In this document: positions 61,742 to 64,000 of the stretch, one piece after another | Layout: each line of letters begins with the position of its first letter | Position numbering within the stretch: the first letter of the stretch is position 1 | Assembly (NCBI GenBank): GCA_963778155.1 | Contig: CAVZTK010000006.1 | Coordinates: 791,962 to 855,961 of the forward strand | Length of the DNA stretch: 64,000 nucleotides | From: an uncultured Chloroflexia bacterium | GTDB taxonomy: Bacteria > Chloroflexota > Limnocylindria > Limnocylindrales > CSP1-4 | Direction: 5' to 3' | Made by a program: the position numbers and the translations under genes | The notes under the pieces: model-generated | Database searches by the model: none | Seen by the model: only the letters and a program-made list of their open reading frames with translations | Told to the model about the DNA's origin: nothing

Positions 61742-62005
61742 CGGGTCACCTCGCGTGCCAGTCGGCGGGTCATGGCCGAAGCATCGGTCCACCCACATCT
61801 GCGCATCAGTGCCGACGGTCACCGACTCGGGGGCCGATCCGCCCCCGACTCGCCGGCCGCGTCGGAGTGCCCAGGGGACGGCGATCCGGCCCGTGCGTCT
61901 CGTGACATTCGGCACATGGTCGGGGTGGCTCGACGGTGGCAGGATGGCTTCCACGGTGGACGTCGGTGGGGACGCCCGGCGCCCACCGCGAACCCCTTTC
62001 CTCCC

Positions 62006-63274
62006 TCAGTCGAGATGCAGCGCGCGTACCTCGGCCGCCAGTGCGTCCCGCACGTCCGGGTGGGCGATCCGGATCAGCTCCGCCGCCCGCTCCCGAAGGC
62101 TCATGCCGAACAGTTCGGCGACTCCCCACTCGGTGACGACCGTGCGCACGTGCGCGCGCGTGGTCACGACACCCGCACCCTCCCGCAGCGAGGCGACGAT
62201 CCGCGACGAGCCGTCTCGCGCAGTGGAGGGGAGAGCGATGATGGCGCGCCCCTCTTCGGCCAGGCCGGCTCCCCGGATGAAGTCCATCTGGCCGCCGACT
62301 CCGCTGTACAGCCGATGCCCGATCGAGTCGGCCACCACCTGCCCGGACAGGTCGACCTCGATCGCCGAGTTGATAGCGACCATCCGGCTGAACGAGCGGA
62401 TGACATGCGTGTCGTTGGTGAAGTCGACCGGTCGCATCTCGACCATCGGGTTGTCGTCCACGAAGTCGTACAGCCGCTTGCTTCCCAGCAGGAAGGCTGT
62501 CACCAGCTTGCCCCGGTTGCGCTCCTTGCGGGCACCGGTGACGACTCCGGCCTCGACCAGGTCGACGATCGAGTCGGTGAACATCTCGGTGTGCACGCCG
62601 AGGTCGCGCTTGTCGCGGAGGGCGAGTGCCGTCGCCGCCGGGATCGCGCCGATGCCAAGCTGGAGGGTCGCCCCGTCAGGGACCAGCTCGGCGACATGCT
62701 CGCCGATCCGTCGCTCGATCTCGCCGAACGTCCCGACCGGGCTCTCGTACGGTGGGACATCGCATTCGACGGCGAGGTCGATCTGCGAGACGTGGATGAA
62801 GCTGTCGCCGAGCGTTCGCGGCATGGCCGCGTTGAACTGGACGATGACCATGCGTGCGGCGCGGATGGCCGCGTGCATGGCCTCGACCGAGGTCCCGAGC
62901 GAGCAGAACCCGTGTCCGTCGGGCGGGGTCGCATTCACGAACACCGCGTCGAGCGGCAGACGGCCGCTCTCGAACAGGCGCGGGACATCGGACAGAAAGG
63001 TCGGCACGTAGTCCGCCCGGCCCTCGGCGATGGCCTGGCGTGCGTTCGGACCGATGAACAGCGCCCGGTGCCGGAAATGCGGCGCCATGTCGGGCGCCAG
63101 GTGCGGACCGGGCCCCTCGCAATGGAGGTGGACGACGCTGACGTCCGACAGGTCGTCCGCCCGCGCGACGAGCGCGTCGAGCAGGACCGACGGCGTGGCC
63201 GCGGCACACTGCAGGTAGAGTTGCTGACCTGAGGCGATCCCGGAGACGGCCTCGGCGGCCGTGACGATGCGCAT
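62006..63274 (-). CDS. Acetyl-CoA hydrolase/transferase family protein (4-hydroxybutyrate CoA-transferase-like)
   Basis: Intact 422 aa with LQLGIGAIPAA, GVHTEMFTD, INSAIEVDLSGQV and YSGVGGQMDFIRGA. Confidence 0.9.
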   Translation of the reverse strand: MRIVTAAEAVSGIASGQQLYLQCAAATPSVLLDALVARADDLSDVSVVHLHCEGPGPHLAPDMAPHFRHRALFIGPNARQAIAEGRADYVPTFLSDVPRLFESGRLPLDAVFVNATPPDGHGFCSLGTSVEAMHAAIRAARMVIVQFNAAMPRTLGDSFIHVSQIDLAVECDVPPYESPVGTFGEIERRIGEHVAELVPDGATLQLGIGAIPAATALALRDKRDLGVHTEMFTDSIVDLVEAGVVTGARKERNRGKLVTAFLLGSKRLYDFVDDNPMVEMRPVDFTNDTHVIRSFSRMVAINSAIEVDLSGQVVADSIGHRLYSGVGGQMDFIRGAGLAEEGRAIIALPSTARDGSSRIVASLREGAGVVTTRAHVRTVVTEWGVAELFGMSLRERAAELIRIAHPDVRDALAAEVRALHLD

Positions 63275-63410
63275 GGACCGCGAGTCTACGCGGCCGTGCG
63301 GATGGGCACCCGGTCCATCTCGCGATGGTGCGCTCTCAGGCGCTTCTCATCGACGGCGGCCACCGTCCACCTCGGCGGACAGCGTGTCCGTCCACCGATC
63401 GGAGCGTCCC

Positions 63411-64000
63411 ATGTCCAGATCCCGCCTCCTCATCGCCATCGTCGCCGTGGTCGTGGCGATCGGCATCGGCGGGTACGTCCTGTACGACCAGGTCCTGCGC
63501 GGCGACAGCGCGACCGCCCTGGGCCTGCCAGCGGCCTCGAACGACCCGGCCGCCAGCGGGGCCCCGGCCGCGAGCTTCGACGGCACGGTCGCCGGGACCT
63601 GGAACGTGGGGAGCGGGAGCGTCGCCGGCTATCGCGTCCGCGAGCAGCTCGCCGGGCTGTCAGCCGAGAGCGACGCCGTCGGTCGCACCGATGCGGTGAC
63701 CGGCTCGATCACGATCGAGACGTCCGGCGCGACCAACACGCTGACGGCCGGCACGCTGACTGTGGACACCACCTCGATCACGTCGGACAAGCCGCAGCGC
63801 GACGACCGTCTCCGCAGCCAGGGCCTGCAGACCGACACCTACCCGACGGCCACGTTCACCCTGACCAAGCCTGTCGAGATCCCCGCCGCGGCCCTGACGG
63901 GGACGGCATCGGACGTGACCCTGACCGGTGACTTGACCATCCACGGCGTGAAGAAGTCGGTCGACATCCCGGCCAAGGTCCAGCTCGTGAACGGCACCAT
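63411..64000 (+). CDS. YceI-like (polyisoprenoid-binding) family protein, partial; runs off the window end
   Basis: GGAG SD and ATG at 63411. N-terminal TM/signal LLIAIVAVVVAIGIGGYVL. Then GYRVREQLAG...AVGRTDAVTGSITIE...TVDTTSITSDKPQRDDRLRSQGLQTDTYPTATF...LTIHGVKK. It is not in the ORF track because no stop lies inside the window. Confidence 0.75.
   Translation, partial: MSRSRLLIAIVAVVVAIGIGGYVLYDQVLRGDSATALGLPAASNDPAASGAPAASFDGTVAGTWNVGSGSVAGYRVREQLAGLSAESDAVGRTDAVTGSITIETSGATNTLTAGTLTVDTTSITSDKPQRDDRLRSQGLQTDTYPTATFTLTKPVEIPAAALTGTASDVTLTGDLTIHGVKKSVDIPAKVQLVNGT

Noticed and set aside
61823-61851. A GC hairpin (TCGGGGGC-loop-GCCCCCGA on the minus strand) downstream of the CoA-transferase gene, considered as a terminator separating it from the DsrE/TusA operon.
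   Set aside because: The stem is only about 8 bp with flanking mismatches and no U-tract. It lies about 150 nt after the stop codon. The evidence is too weak to list as a feature, though it may still insulate the sulfur operon.

Overview
This is a very GC-rich, actinobacterial-type chromosomal segment. I call about 65 protein-coding genes. I found no rRNA, tRNA, CRISPR array, transposase or integrase. The main content, in order, is as follows. (1) A reductive pyrimidine / beta-alanine catabolic neighbourhood: ABC permease, class-III aminotransferase, beta-ureidopropionase, luciferase-like oxidoreductase, dihydropyrimidinase and mmsA, interrupted by a giant S8 protease. (2) mdh and pckA. (3) A SAM-I riboswitch leading a ThrC-like enzyme and a MoaD/ThiS-like sulfur carrier ending in GlyGly. 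These genes converge on an lgt, plsC, CBS, GNAT, cystathionine gamma-lyase operon. (4) An ECF sigma / anti-sigma pair, a VIT1 iron transporter and a cupin. (5) A sufB-sufD-Rieske operon with no sufC or sufS. (6) A membrane-stress island bounded by two SHOCT paralogs, containing DUF1622-, DUF1269- and DUF6325-like proteins, a holin-like/alkaline-phosphatase fusion, an SRPBCC protein and a PLD/cardiolipin synthase. (7) Two tandem AI-2E transporters, OsmC, an AhpD-like protein with an orphan RnfD/NqrB-like membrane protein, and a TetR-MMPL pair. (8) A compact DsrE-TusA-DsrE-TusA-SQR-like sulfur-relay operon. Major caveat: at least 25 reading-frame breaks hit about 15 genes. Most that I could resolve are a single extra base in a short G or C run. 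The track ORFs for those genes are therefore fragments or chimeras, and the sequence may be an error-prone assembly rather than a set of true pseudogenes. All function calls rest on my reading of the translated motifs; no database search was run.
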